Shown piece by piece: positions 40,901 through 54,207 of a stretch of 64,000 bases of DNA. A model generated the notes under the pieces. That model was not told the origin of the DNA, did no database searches, and was given only the letters and a program-made list of their open reading frames with translations. The DNA comes from the human T2T-CHM13v2.0 reference genome, Homo sapiens: assembly GCF_009914755.1 (NCBI RefSeq), contig NC_060936.1, one strand, 5' to 3'. Within the stretch, counting starts at the first letter, position 1; every line of letters begins with the position of its first letter. Position numbers and translations under genes: made by a program.

Positions 40901-43900
40901 AGCAGGATCTGCTTCCTGGCTGGTGCAGCCACTGCCCAGCTCTCCTCTGCCCCTGCTCCACATGTGTGTCATCTGGGCTGTCTTGGAGGCAAGTGACAGA
41001 AAGGGGGCTTCACCAACGCCCTCACCTGAGCACCCTAAGAAGGGGCTGGCAGCATCAGGACAGGCCCAGGCTCAACCCTGCCCTCAGACAGAAAGCAGCT
41101 CAGCGGTTCCCCAGCTCAGACTCCGCAGCCAAACTCAATGTTCAAGACCCAGCTCTCCCACTTTCAAGCAGTGTGGCTTTGGTGGCATTGCTTAACCTTT
41201 CTGGGTCCCGCTCTCCCCGTCTGTGAAACGATCATGGTGAGGTGCCGTGGGGCTCTGATGAGGTTGCCCACGCCAGTACACACACAGCAGGACTTTGTGG
41301 ATGGCTGGCACCGCCCGGGCGTCACCCTCACCCGGCCCTGGCCGTCAGCTCACCATCCTCATCTCAGGCCCCCTCCTGTGCGGCGGCAGAGACAGGGCTG
41401 CACGCGGCTTCCATGGGCCCTGGGCCCTTTTGCATTCGTGGGCTCCTTCCTCCATAAAATCACCTTTAAGCTTCTATTTTACAACTGGTACAAAGATGAA
41501 TAGGTTAATATTTCTTTGACCTAAGAGCTCATATTTTCTTCTAATTTTAAAAGAAATTAAAACATTTTTGTAGCCCTGGAAATCCTCAGGGCTCTTGCAC
41601 TTTGCCTGTGTCCCTGATGGGGGAAGGCGGCCTGGAAATGGCCCTCAGAGAGCTCCTCTTAACTGAGCAACTGCGAGGCAAAGCCTCCCTTCCCCAGGGG
41701 TTTCAGAAAAAGTCCCGGGCACATTCTCATTGGACCAGCTTGGGTCACATGGCCATGCCTGAGCCAATCCCAGGACCACAGTATGAAATATGCTGATTGG
41801 GAGGCGTGGCTTCCCACCTGTGAATCACGTGCACCAAGTAGGGGTGACCTGGCAGAGAAATACAGAGACAGGCAGGTGAGTCCTGGACGGACCCTAGGGA
41901 CATCTGTTGTCCCCCTCAGGACCACATAGCAGAGCATGATACGGTGCCTGTCCACAGCCCAGGGACCCTTTTCAGCGGGTGGCAGAGCTGGCTATCCGGG
42001 GAGGGGGCAGAAGTTCCAGTCTGGTGCACCGAGAGCGCCATCCCCTCACTGCAGCCCCGCCCAGAGCCCCAGGGCTGAGGCCAGACTTAACCGCTGGGAC
42101 CCAGGCCTGCCCTGGGGCCACCTCCCAGGCCAGGCTCTGTTCCTCACTGGGGCACTGTCCCTGGGGGAGGCGGACACAAGGGCCCTTGTTGTTCCTGGAG
42201 GAGGAGGCGGCGGGGAGAGCTGTGCAGTCACTGTGGGCTGAGCCAGCACTCTCCATCCTCCCCAGTCACTCCCAGGATGGCCAGATCCCTCCCAGGCCTG
42301 GAAACTGCTCCTCAGCCTCTCCCCGGGGCAGGGGAGAGGGGGTCAGGGCTCCCCTGGACAGGGAGGCCCAGCATGGCCATTCCCGCTCACGTGCCCACTG
42401 CACGATTAACGCGCATTGCAGCAATTTCCAGGCTGGCGCTCACGAACGGTGCCGCTAAGAGCACTTTCTGGTGAACACACATGCCCCTGTCTGTGGTGCA
42501 GACACCCCGGAGTGGAACTGCTGGGTCGGGGTAAGTGGATCTTCAGCTCTGGGCGACGCTGCCGGGCTGCTTCCCAAGTTCCAGATCCACCACACCCCCA
42601 GGGGGTTCCAGCCTGCAGCGGGGGCTGAGACCCACAGCTCTGCTGTGTACATGAGAACACACACAGGCACATGCACACCTACGCGCATGTACACACATGC
42701 ACTCACACGCACACGTTTCCTGAATTCACACACATGATATGTGGGCTGAGGCTGTGTACACACACATGCACATGTGCACACACAGGCACGCACCAAGTGT
42801 ACACTCACATTTCCTAAGACCACACACGATACGTGGCCCAGGACTGCGTACAGCTGGCATGTCTGCCTGCCTGGGCAAGAGCCACAGCCTCCTCCTGGCT
42901 CTCCTGCTGCCGCAGCTCCTGCACTCCACGGAGCCTCGCCTGGCCACACTCCCCGCACGGGGCAGCTCAGGAGCCTCGGCCTCTGGCAGGAGAGGCTGCA
43001 GGGGAGGGGCTGGCGGGTGGCTGGGGTCCCTGTAGTCCGGCTTTTTTCCCTCCTCACACACTGCTCTCTGCTCTCCGCTTGCCTGGCCCCGAGGCAAAGG
43101 GCCCAGGGGTCGCTGGTGAGGAGGGGCTGCAGCTGGGCTGTCCTGGGGGAGGGAAGGAGATTATAAAAGGTCCTCAGAGAGCTACACAAGGCGGCCTTGT
43201 TTGGGGAACAGCCTCCCCCAGCCCAGGGTTCCCTCCCACGTGAGCAGGAAGGGGTGGCCCAGGACCTGTGGTCAGGAGGCCTGCCCTGTGTGGCTGGGGT
43301 GGGGGTCACTGCGGGGCTATTTCTAGCTCCAGCCTCTGCCCCGCAACAGGGGGTATTGGGCGAAGCTGTTTGCAGTCTGAGGCATCCGGCCCCCTGGCCC
43401 TCCCTGCAGCTGTGACCTCACCAAAAACAGAGGCCACACTTCTCAGGGTAGGAGGGGCCAGAAGGCCCAGCTGTTAGGGTAGACAGCTGAGGCCCCAGCT
43501 CCCTGGGGGACCCGGGGCAGAATGACCTTCCTCTACAAGCTTCTGTGGCTCCCCATTGATATGCAGGGGAGTCCATGCCTCTCCTCACCCGGGGTTCACT
43601 GCTATCACTGCCACCGTCAGTCCTACCCCTCTACCCCCCACCCCCGCCACCTTGCCCTCCCTCTCTGGGCTGTGGCCTCGCCCACCTCCCTCTGTGTCCT
43701 GGTGGAGACCAGCACCCTCCCGGGGCAGGGCAGGAGGGCCGCCCTCTGTACCTCAGTGCCCAGAGTAGGACCCGACAGGGCCCTCACCCAGCAAAGACGG
43801 GCACAGTGAGTGCACAGGGTGAGGACGATGGCACCTACCCTCGGGCACGCTGTAAGCAGCCATGCCTTTGAGCCTGGAAAGTGCTGACCACAGTTCCCAG

Positions 43901-45103
43901 GTGGTCAGGATGCAGTGGAGCTGACGGCCCTGGGGAGTCAGCTCAGCCCAGCCCAGACAGCGACAGGCTCTGCCCTGAGGCCCGAGTTCAAATCCCCTCC
44001 AGGCTCCAGCTGGGGAGGGCAGCCCACTCAGCCTCCCTGGACCTCAGGGTCCTCGTCTGTGAAATGGGAGTGAAAGTCACGGCGGGCGAGCCCGGGAGGG
44101 CTGCTGTGAGGATGAATGAGGGACCAGCTCCTGGCACGATGCACACCCCGTCCAGCCAGCACCGTCACAGGGGGTCAGCAACAAGGATGATTCCTCTTCC
44201 TCCCACCAAGGCGCAGAGGGCCTCTGAGTCACAAAGGAAAGGAACAGAGAAGACAGGCTGTGCTCCCGGTGACAAAGAGTCAGCTCTAAAGCCCAAATCC
44301 GCATTTACAGATGAGAAAACAACAACCACGGGCTGCAGGTGCTGATCCTCAAGCCTGTGATGGGCCGAGAAGCCCAGGGACTCTGCAGGGAAACGCAGGG
44401 CCCATGGCCCTGGCCTTGGCATTGAACCACGCACTTTTGCCCAGGTGGGTTAACACCCAGGGAGGCAGAGGGTTAGGACAGAGGGTCCCGGCACTCACTC
44501 CCGGGGCCTCGGGAGGTGACGGGGGCATCACCCCACTCTACTCCCTGTGTCCCTCCTGGGTCTGGGCTGAGGACCCCGGGATGTCCATGGGGCTCAGACC
44601 CCAGCACGGTGGCCAGGAGCTGACTGACCAGCAGCAGGGCCAGCAGCAGTGCCAGCAGCAGTGCCAGATCAGATGGCAGGACTGATCTCATGTGTCAACA
44701 GCAGCACCCCAAAGACTCCAGAGACATTTTTGGGGGTGAGGCCCCCATTGGGGAGCAGGGTCCCAACATCACACAGGAGGTGAATTCAGCACCATGTCAC
44801 TGTCCTCAGGGTGGCCACAGGCGGCTGCACTGGGTGGGAGAGTGTCCACAACCACCCTCTTCTGCACAGGCCACAGGGGGCGCTCAGGAGTCAGGACTCT
44901 GGGGGTGAGAGAAGCCCCAGACCAGCCCAGGCACCAGAGGAAATGCATTGAAATCCTCAGGCCGGGACAGCTTCAGGCACAGCGTGATCCTGCAGCTCAG
45001 GCATGACCTCAGGGCTCTGATTTCCTGTGTCCAGGGCCCTCCCAGGCCAGCATCTCCTTGGGGCTAAGTCCACTGAAGCCGACTGACTTCTCCAAGCAGG
45101 TCC

Positions 45104-45255
45104 AGCCAAGTGCCCACTCCTGAACCCATCGCCCAGGCCATGAGAATGGAATGCTCTCCTCTCACAGGTCTGGGTCACAGCCAAGTGCCCACCCCGGAAC
45201 CCATTGCCCAGGCCATGAGAATGGAATGTTCTCCTCTCACAGGTCTGGGTCACAG
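45104..45255. repeat. 75-bp tandem duplication
   Basis: AGCCAAGTGCCCAC...GGTCTGGGTCAC occurs twice. Confidence 0.9.
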
Positions 45256-46327
45256 GAGCACACCTGACCTGGGGGTGGAGTCAGCCCCACCCAGACCAGA
45301 CCATGTGGACAGAGCGAGGGAGCAGGGGACTCCCAGATAAGCCAGGGGTGTGGCCTGCAGCAGAGACATCCCCTCAGCTGTCCCCTCCAGGACTCCCAGG
45401 CTGCTGTCACCCAGGGCTCATAAAAGCCTCTGGCAGATGGGAGGCCCTGCCCAGCACCCATGATGCCCACTGAGCTTCTCCTGGCAGCCGGCCAGGTTCC
45501 ACAGGGAGGGTAGTGCCAGGAAGCCCAGTGCACAGAGGGGCTCATAGATGCCCATGGGAAGACAGCTGGGTGTGCCTTGCTCTCACAGGATGTGGACATG
45601 TCCCCTGTGTCCCAGGCTGTGGGCCCATTTGTGTCACTCATCACCCTGGCCTCATTTTCTGAGTGACTGTGCTTCTCCCTAGGAGCCCCGAGAAGAGACA
45701 GCCAGCGGGTGCTGCTAGTTAATGAGGCTCAGCTGGAATCAGCTGTTTCAAACTTAAAAGGCTGTTAATGGGATTTCTAATTCCAGAGGTGGAAAGAGTT
45801 AAATTGTATTGCCAACGACTCTTGCAATCCAAGATGTTTTCTGATTCTGTGTTTTGTTCTGGTAATTAATTGGATGGAAGTTGTCCAACTTCGTGGAGAG
45901 ACCAGAGCTATTTCAGGTTTCACTGAGTCTCTGGAAGATTAAGTTACTTTGTTTCCCCCAGGAACTCCCAGAACCGGCCACATCGGTGCCATTTCAAAGA
46001 CAAAGGGCTGAGCAGCTTTCACGGCGTGTGTCCATTGTTTTCTAACTCCAGAACCCTGGAAAAGCAGCAGGCTGTGTCTGCTCAGAGCAGAGCTCTGGGC
46101 TCGCCTGGCCGGGACCCAGGAATCCAGGACCCAGGAGCCCCGCTGAGGTGCTGGCTGGGGCCTCGGGCAGGTCCACGCCTTGGTTTTCTCATCTGGAGAA
46201 AGGGGCTGAGGACAGCACCTGCTGTCTAGGGTCTCTGTCGGCTTCAGGAGAGAGTGCAGCAGGTGTTTGGCCCCAGGCCTGGCACATCCTAAGCCTCACA
46301 AATGTCCAGGAAATGACTCTATGGGTG

Positions 46328-46830
46328 TGTAATGCCCAACCTTGTTTTTACTAACCCTGTTCTTAGACTCTCCCTTGGCTAAGAGAGCCAGACAGACTCC
46401 ATCTTGGCTCTTTCACTGGCAGTCCCTTCCTCAAGGACTTAACTTGTGCAAGCTGACTCCCAGCACATCCAAGAATGCAATTAACTGATAAGATACTGTG
46501 GCGAGCAATATCCACAGTTCCCAGGAATTCACCCGATTGATAACGCCCAAAGCCCCGCGTCTATCACCTTGTAATAGTCTTAAAGCCCCTGCACCTGGAA
46601 CTGTTTACTTTCCTGTAACCATTTATCCATTTAACTTTTTTGCCTACTTTATTTCTGTAAAATTGTTTTAGCTAGACCCCCTTCCACTTTCTAAACCAAA
46701 GTATAAAAGAAAATCTAGCCCCTTCTTCGGGGCCAAGAGAACTTTGAGCGTTAGCCGTCTCTTGACCACCGGCTAAATAAACGGACTCTTAATTCGTCTC
46801 AAAGTGTGGCGTTTTCTCTAAGGTACAACA
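46328..46830 (+). mobile_element. LTR6 (LTR6A/6B, HERVS71) solo LTR
   Basis: Starts TGTAATGCCCAACCTTGTTTTTACTAACCC; TATAAAA near 46702, AATAAA near 46776; ends ACAACA; TSD GGTG on both sides. Confidence 0.85.
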
Positions 46831-47528
46831 GGTGAATAGCCACTCCTCTGTTACGCAGCTTGCGATGTCTTCCCACTGTCCTGAAAGTCCCAAACCTTTA
46901 ACACGCTGTGGAAAAGTCCCCAGAAGGTAGGCTAAGGACGTGTTTAGGGGACCGAAAGTGGAAGAAGTTTTTAAAATAGGGAGAGAATTTGTGTTTGGGC
47001 TTTCTAAAGAGTGTGGTGCTCAGGGAAGATTCGAACTCCATTGGGCTCCTGTACCTTCCTTGGGGAGGTAGAATCGTCTTTGGTTTCAGTAACACAGGGG
47101 CCCCCACAGCCTTGGCCGACTCAGCCCTGGCAGCCTGGATCTGTCCAGACCTGCGGGAGCGGCCCCACCCCCCACATCTGCTGTCCTTCATCCTCCCGAG
47201 ACCCTGGGTCTGGGCTAGGACAGGATCCCACCCACCACAAGCTCCTCCGCAATCAGCCGCCCCCCAACTTCACCCACGGCCCCCTTAACTGCTGCTCCTG
47301 TCTTGCGGGATTTGCCACCTGTGCTTGGAGGCACCCCCACCACCTCCATGCTGGTGGGCTTTAAACCATTTCCACGAACTCGCCACCCCCTCACTCTTAT
47401 CTCCTCACTTGTTCACATCAAGTACTTTCATTTAAAATATAAGGACATGGTTGCAGAAATGTAATTCCCCATGTATTATGAACATTGATATTTTAGAAAC
47501 TGCCCCATCCTCAGTGTCTCCAGTAACG

Positions 47529-48853
47529 CCGAGACCACAGCCACTCCCCTCTCCCCATCCACCCGAGACCACAGCCACTCCCCTCTCACCATCCGCCCGA
47601 GACCACAGCCACTCTCTTCTCCCCATCCACCCGAGACCACAGCCACTCCCCTCTCCCCATCCACCCGAGACCACAGCCACTCCCCTCTCCCCATCCACCC
47701 GAGACCACAGCCACTCCCCTCTCCCCATCCACCCGAGACCACAGCCACTCCCCTCTCCCCATCCACCCGAGACCACAGCCACTCCCCTCTCCCCATCCAC
47801 CCGAGACCACAGCCACTCCCCTCTCCCCATCCACCCGAGACCACAGCCACTCCCCTCTCCCCATCCACCCGAGACCACAGCCACTCCCCTCTCCCCATCC
47901 GCCCGAGACCACAGCCACTCCCTTCTCCCCATCCACCCGAGACCACAGCCACTCCCTTCTCCCCATCCACCCGAGACCACAGCCACTCCCCTCTCCCCAT
48001 CCACCCGAGACCACAGCCACTCCCCTCTCCCCATCCACCCGAGACCACAGCCACTCCCCTCTCCCCATCCGCCCGAGACCACAGCCACTCCCTTCTCACC
48101 ATCCACCAGAGACCACAGCCACTCCCCTCTCACCATCCGCCCGAGACCACAGCCACTCCCCTCTCACCATCCGCCCGAGACCACAGCCACTCCCCTCTCA
48201 CCATCCACCAGAGACCACAGCCACTCTCTTCTCCCCATCCGCCCGAGACCACAGCCACTCCCCTCTCCCCATCCGCCCGAGACCACAGCCACTCCCCTCT
48301 CCCCATCCACCCAAGACCACAGCCACTCCCCTCTCCCCATCCACCCGAGACCACAGCCACTCTCTTCTCCCCATCCGCCCTAGACCACAGCCACTCCCCT
48401 CTCCCCATCCGCCCGAGACCACAGCCACTCCCCTCTCCCCATCCGCCCGAGACCACAGCCACTCCCTTCTCCCCATCCGCCCGAGACCACAGCCACTCCC
48501 TTCTCCCCATCCACCCGAGACCACAGCCGCTCTCTTCTCCCCATCCGCCCGAGACCACAGCCGCTCTCTTCTCCCCATCCTCCCGAGACCACAGCCACTC
48601 CCCTCTCCCCATCCACCCGAGACCACAGCCACTCCCTTCTCCCCATCCACCCGAGACCACAGCCACTCCCCTCTCCCCATCCACCCGAGACCACAGCCAC
48701 TCCCCTCTCCCCATCCACCCGAGACCACAGCCACTCCCCTCTCACCATCCACCCGAGACCACAGCCACTCCCCTCTCACCATCCACCCGAGACCACAGCC
48801 ACTCCCCTCACCCCATCCACCCGAGACCACAGCCACTCCCTTCTCCCCATCCA
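47529..48853. repeat. 34-bp VNTR (GAGACCACAGCCACTCCCCTCTCCCCATCCACCC), ~39 copies
   Basis: Highly homogeneous tandem units directly visible. Confidence 0.97.
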
Positions 48854-51366
48854 CACTTAAATGTACAGAGGGAAAACCACAGCATCCTTTCTACTCCAAT
48901 TCACAGTTCACTGCATCCCGTTTCTCCATGGAGTGAGTACTCAATGCTTGGAAGTATTTACTAATTGCCAGATTACATTCCCCACAACAAAAAACGTGTT
49001 TGAAATTTAAATAGCAACGTAATTCTTGTGTCTAAAGAGCTCCAAGTGTTAAAATACTTTTCTGGATCCAGTTATGGTCCCATTTTTAGTAACAGGCAAT
49101 TCTTCCAAACAACATGAGGAATCAAATATTTATATTATGTCATGTGTACATTTCCATCGCATATACATGCTTACATCTATATAAATATACGGCATAAATC
49201 GATTTACATAATGCATGTGTAAATATTGACATATGGGATATGTAATATGGTGTGTGTTATTTATTTATGTGATTAATATATTCAAATTTTTAGAGTTATT
49301 TTAAAGGAAAGTACACCTTGTGGAAATGGATTGGGAAATTTCAGGAGTCTCATTTGGAGGGCGCCCTGCGGTCTCTGCGCCCCCTCCCAGGACGTGCCTC
49401 TGGGGGATTCGGGATGGGGGGGGTTGTCCTTCCTGGGAAAAACAGGAGCTGGGAAGTCATAACAGGGAAGGGAGACCAGGGAGCTGACTGCAGGCTCCTT
49501 TCAGGCAGGTATTTTTAGGACTTTAGGCGGCCATGCTGATGCCCTGGGTGGTCCCTGAGGGAGCGCCCGCCTCGGGGTCCCGCAGACTCAGGGGCCCTGC
49601 CTGGGCCCTGCCTGGGATTTTCCTGCCAAGTCCATGGTCTCCTTGGGCTCCCTCCGCAACTGTGCCCCCGTTTCCTGTGCTCATCCCACACCCAGCCTGG
49701 CCCCGAACACCGTGGGGCTTTTGTTCGGGGCCCCGCACACCGGACCTCAGGATTCCATCCTCCCAGAACCATGGCCACAGAATAAGGTCCGCCAAGATGG
49801 ATACCGAACGCGCCTCAAACACCTGGGGGGCGGACGTGTGAGGAGCTGGCCTCTCTCCACCCCCAGCCGCCCTTCAGCCCGGCCTCCCTCTATCCTGGAC
49901 GCCTCAGCCCCTCCTCACTCTGCACCTGCTGGTCCTCAGCCCTTGGGCCCTCCCATTCCTGTGCCCTCCCAACTCCACACCAGCGGGGTGGGGCTGAGGG
50001 CTGCAGGACCACTCTACCCCCAACCTCATGCTGTGACGGGCTGAGGGGGAGCCGGGTGCCCTTTGGCCGTGCCCCATTTGTGGTCAGAGACCCCACGTCC
50101 TCCATGGCTGGGCACATGGGCTCTGTGGGGCATCTGAGTCCATTGAATTTGAACACCAGGTCCCAGGACTTAGAACTCAAGGACAGCCCTGCCCTGTGCG
50201 ATGCTGAGAGGTGCCTGGGGCATCGCAGAAACAGCTTCCCTGAAGGCTAGACTCAACAAGGCCTCCTAGGGTGACCTGCTGATCCCGGGACCCTGCTCCC
50301 TGGGAAGCCCCCCAGTGTGGCCCCTGCCCCTCTGCTGACACCCCTTGATCTCCACCCTGGCCTTGGCCCTGGCCCTGGCCCTGCCTTGTCGACAGCTCCT
50401 GGGTCATCTCAAAGGACCTCAGCCTCTTCGAGTCCCAGCTGTACTCATGACCCTCCCGGAATGCTTTACTTTTCCAGTATCCTGCCTGCAGCCTCCCAAC
50501 GCTGACACTAGAAACCTGGGACGTGCTGGACGCCCGTCTCCTCTCCCCATCCAACAGTCACCGAGCCGCAGATCCTGTGTCCTGAAGGCACCTGACACCA
50601 TCCTCGTTGCCCCGTCTTCACAGCTCCACCTCCTTCCTGCAAGGCTTCCAGACCCACCCTCCCTCTGCCCCCTTCTCTAGCGCTCAGTCAGGGGCCTGTG
50701 CCGACCCATTCTGCGCGGCCACCTCTGTGTGCAGCCCTCACACGGCTTCTCCCCGCATTTAGAGACCCCATGAGCTCTATCATAAACCCCAGGGCCCTGC
50801 CACACCCCGACTCATGGGGCCTCCCTGCTCACCTCCTCTCTGTTCTCCCCACGCCACGCTCCTGCCAGGCCCAGGGACTGGGCACCTGCAGCTCACCGGG
50901 TCTGGAAGCTTCCTGAGCCGGCTCCTCCCCTCTCCCCAGGTTTCTCCACACATCACTTCCTCAGAGGAGTCTCCTGAGGTCAGCCTAGGATGGGTGTCCT
51001 GTACCGACTGAGGAACTTATCAGAATGGGGGCCTTGAAGTTAATTCTTATATCATATGGAAAGAGCCACAAACACGCAAGGACATGCCCACACGTGTGTT
51101 TGTGGCTGTGCTGTGTATGGTGGCTGAGAACTGGGAATAGTGACCCAGATGTCACCCGTGGGAGGGCAGCCGAGACGCGGTGGTCCCTGGGCACTGTGGG
51201 ATTTCTGCAGCTGCCTCGCAGGGTGAGTAGAATTCCCGGCCCTGGGAGCCTGTGCCGGACACACAAGGGGTGCAATGAGAAGTGAAAACGTCAACTACAG
51301 TCCAGATGCTCCTCGACTTACAGTGGGGCAGGGCTGCAATGAGAAGTGAAGACGTCAACTACAATC

Positions 51367-51715
51367 CAGATGCTTCTCGGCTTACAGTGGGGCTGTGTCA
51401 CGAGGACGCCTCCTAAACTGAAAATGTCCTAAGTCAAAATGCATCAATGCACCAAACCTATGGAACAGCATAGCTTTGCCTGGCCTACCTTAAACATGCT
51501 CAGAACATGACGTTAGCCCACTGTTGGGCAAAATCATCTCACAGAAAGCGTATTTGATAATACAGTGTTGAGCATCTCCTGTAATTTATTGAACACTGCA
51601 CTGTAAGTGAAAGAATGGCTGTATAGATAATCAAAGTAGGGTTCCTACTGAAAGCAGATCATTTTCACATCATCATAAAGTCAAAAACTCCTGTGTTGAC
51701 CCATCGGACCATCTG
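51367..51715 (+). mobile_element. Tigger4b-like DNA transposon
   Basis: CAGATGCT(T)CTCG(G)CTTAC terminus and GCCTACCTTAAACATGCTCAGAAC...GGGCAAAATCATCT body. Confidence 0.8.
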
Positions 51716-51812
51716 TTTGTATTTATGATAATGGTACAAACTTGTTACAAAGTAAATGGTCCTGTGGACAAATATCACAAAATAATATGGACAAATGAAA
51801 TTGCAGATCTGA

Positions 51813-52119
51813 GGCCAGGTGCGATGGCTCACGCCTGTAATCCCAGCACTTTGGGAGGCCGAGGCGGGTGGCTCACTTGAGGTCAGGAGCTCGAGACCAG
51901 CCTGGCCAACATGGTGAAACCTCGTTTCTACTTAAAGTACAAAAATTAGCCAGGTGTGGTGGCGCACGCCTGTAATCCCAGCTACTTGGGAGCCTGGGGC
52001 AGGAGAATTGCTTGAACCTGGAAGGCAGAGGTTGCAGCAAGCCAAGATAACAACACTGCACTCCAGCCTGGGTGACAGAGCGAGACTCTGTCTCAAGGAA
52101 AAAAAGAAGAAGAAGAAGA
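51813..52119 (+). mobile_element. AluS SINE
   Basis: Full-length Alu with a (GAA)-interrupted tail. Confidence 0.92.
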
Positions 52120-52354
52120 AATTACATATCTGCTCAGACTATGGGAATTTTTTAAATTTTAGGTGTGTGTTATTATTGCAATATGGTTTTCTCCATGAGG
52201 AATTGATTTTTTTTAAGTAAAAGGAAGGGTATGTGGCTACTCTGTTTCCCTGACTCAGAGCTAAGTCCAGGAATTCAGGGACCTTGTTTTTCTTCCTAAT
52301 GGCTCTATCCCCAGCTTCAGCATGCAGTCTGGCCCACAGCATGTGCTCAGTGAA

Positions 52355-52849
52355 CTAGATGAAAGAATGGGTAGGTGGGTGGATGTGTGGAAGGATGGAT
52401 GAATGGATGGGGGACAAGGGGTGGATGGGTGGAAGGATGGAACAATGGATGAATGGGTAGGTGGGTGGAAGGATGGATGAACGGATGGATGAGTGGAAGG
52501 ATGGAAGAATGGATTAATAGGTGGATGGGTGGAAGGATGGATGGATGAATGGATGGATGGATGGATGGATGGATGGAAAGATGGATGGATGGATGGATGG
52601 ATGGATGGATGGATGGATGAAAGACGGCTGTATAGCAACCTGGGTATATGTTCAGATAAATGAATGGGGAGATGGATGGATGGATGAAAGAGAGAAGAAT
52701 GGATAGTACCCTTGGCATATGTTCAGATAAGTGGATGAACAGATGGACAGATGGATGGATGGATGGATGGATGGATGCATGGAAGAAAGAAGAATGGATA
52801 GTAAGCTGGGTATATGTTCAGATAAGTGGATGGACAGACAGATGAACAG
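52355..52849 (+). repeat. (GGAT)n-rich array with three ~90-bp composite units
   Basis: GGAT runs separated by CTGGGTATATGTTCAGATAA-type spacers. Confidence 0.9.
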
Positions 52850-52859
52850 CCCCATCACC

Positions 52860-53990
52860 CACACATCCCTCCACACTTCCTCTTGTACTCACCCCTCCCC
52901 TCCACCCTAACACTTGTAAACCACAGGCCGCTTCTCTGACATCCAGAGCGTCCCATAAATGGGCTCACGCAGTGGGAGCCTTCTGGGTGGGCTCCCGGCC
53001 CTCAGCGCGGGTCATGGAGAGTCGCCCGGGTGGCTGTGCGCACCCACGGCCTGCCCTGCCCGTCTCCCTGCTGAGCGGCGTCCACTGCACCTATGCATGG
53101 CGGCTCGTTCTGTGCTCACTGATGGGGGTGTTTGCGTTGTTTCCGGTTTTTGCAATTACAAATAAAGCCACTAGGAACTTTAACCTACATTTTTTTGTGT
53201 GGAGGTAGGTTTTCACTCCACGTGAGTGGGTCCCTGGGGTGGGGCTGCGGACTCACATGCTGAGTGTGTGGAGTGTTTAGCTGGAGCAGCAGCCACCCTG
53301 TTTCCATAATGAAGTGGCTGCACCATCCACTGTGAGCGCAGCTTGCTCGGCAGCCTCAGCAGCACCTGCTGTCATTTCCTTCTTTCTTTGCTTTCCTTTT
53401 TTTGTTAATTTTCGCATCCCAATAGGTGTGTGCTGTGACCTCATCATGACTTTAATTTGCATTTTCTTAATAATTCTCGACATTGTCCATTGTTTTATGG
53501 GCTTATCTGTCACTCGTATATTTTATTTGGGAAAACGTCTGTGTACATTTTTCCTCATTTAAAAAATATTGTGTCCTTTGCTTTGTTACGGTTGAGCTTT
53601 CAGAGTTATTTACATATTCCAGATACAGGACTTTGGTCAGATATATGAATTGCAAATATTCCTTGCCAGCCGGTGGCTGGTCTGATCATTCTCTAAACTC
53701 TGTCTTCTGCAGAGCAAAAGGGTTTAATTTTGATGAAGTCAAGTTTATAGATTTTTTTTTTAAGAATTGTGCTTTTGTCATTGCCTAACCCAAAGTCACA
53801 AAGCTTTCTCCAATGTTGCCTCTAAAATGTTTATAATTTTACGTTTTACACGTAGGTCCCCGATACATGCTGAGGTAGTTTTTGTGTGAGGCGGGAGGTG
53901 TAGGTGGAGCTCACTGTTTTGCTTGCGGACCTGCAATGGCTACAGCCTCATCTGTTGAAAACATGATCCTTTCCTGATGTGTTGTCTTTG
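52860..53990 (-). mobile_element. Old L1 (L1M-type) 3' region, antisense
   Basis: TTTAATTTGCATTTTC, AATTGCAAATATT, TTTAATTTTGATGAAGTCAAGTTTAT motifs. Confidence 0.75.
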
Positions 53991-54207
53991 TGGATAGATG
54001 CGTTGAAAATTTTAGTGAGTAATATAAAAGCCCTCTCCAGCCAACACACATTTATTCCTCCATGAATGAATGCACTGCGGGTGGATGGGGCTTTGTCTCC
54101 CTGGCGCTCAGTGCACGGGTGGGGATGGGTTCTGTCTGTGGGGGGAGGTGTGGGCCTCTGTGGGGGAGGCAGAAGGTGCCTGGGAAAGCGGTCACCAATC
54201 AGCCCCA

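Noticed and set aside
43162-43170. TATAAAAG box in a GC-rich context
   Set aside because: Single short motif with no supporting downstream exon or ORF.
47432-48854. Mucin-like Pro/Thr/Ser-rich ORFs
   Set aside because: 34-bp VNTR, not a multiple of 3; the frame is interrupted by a TAG variant; no gene context.
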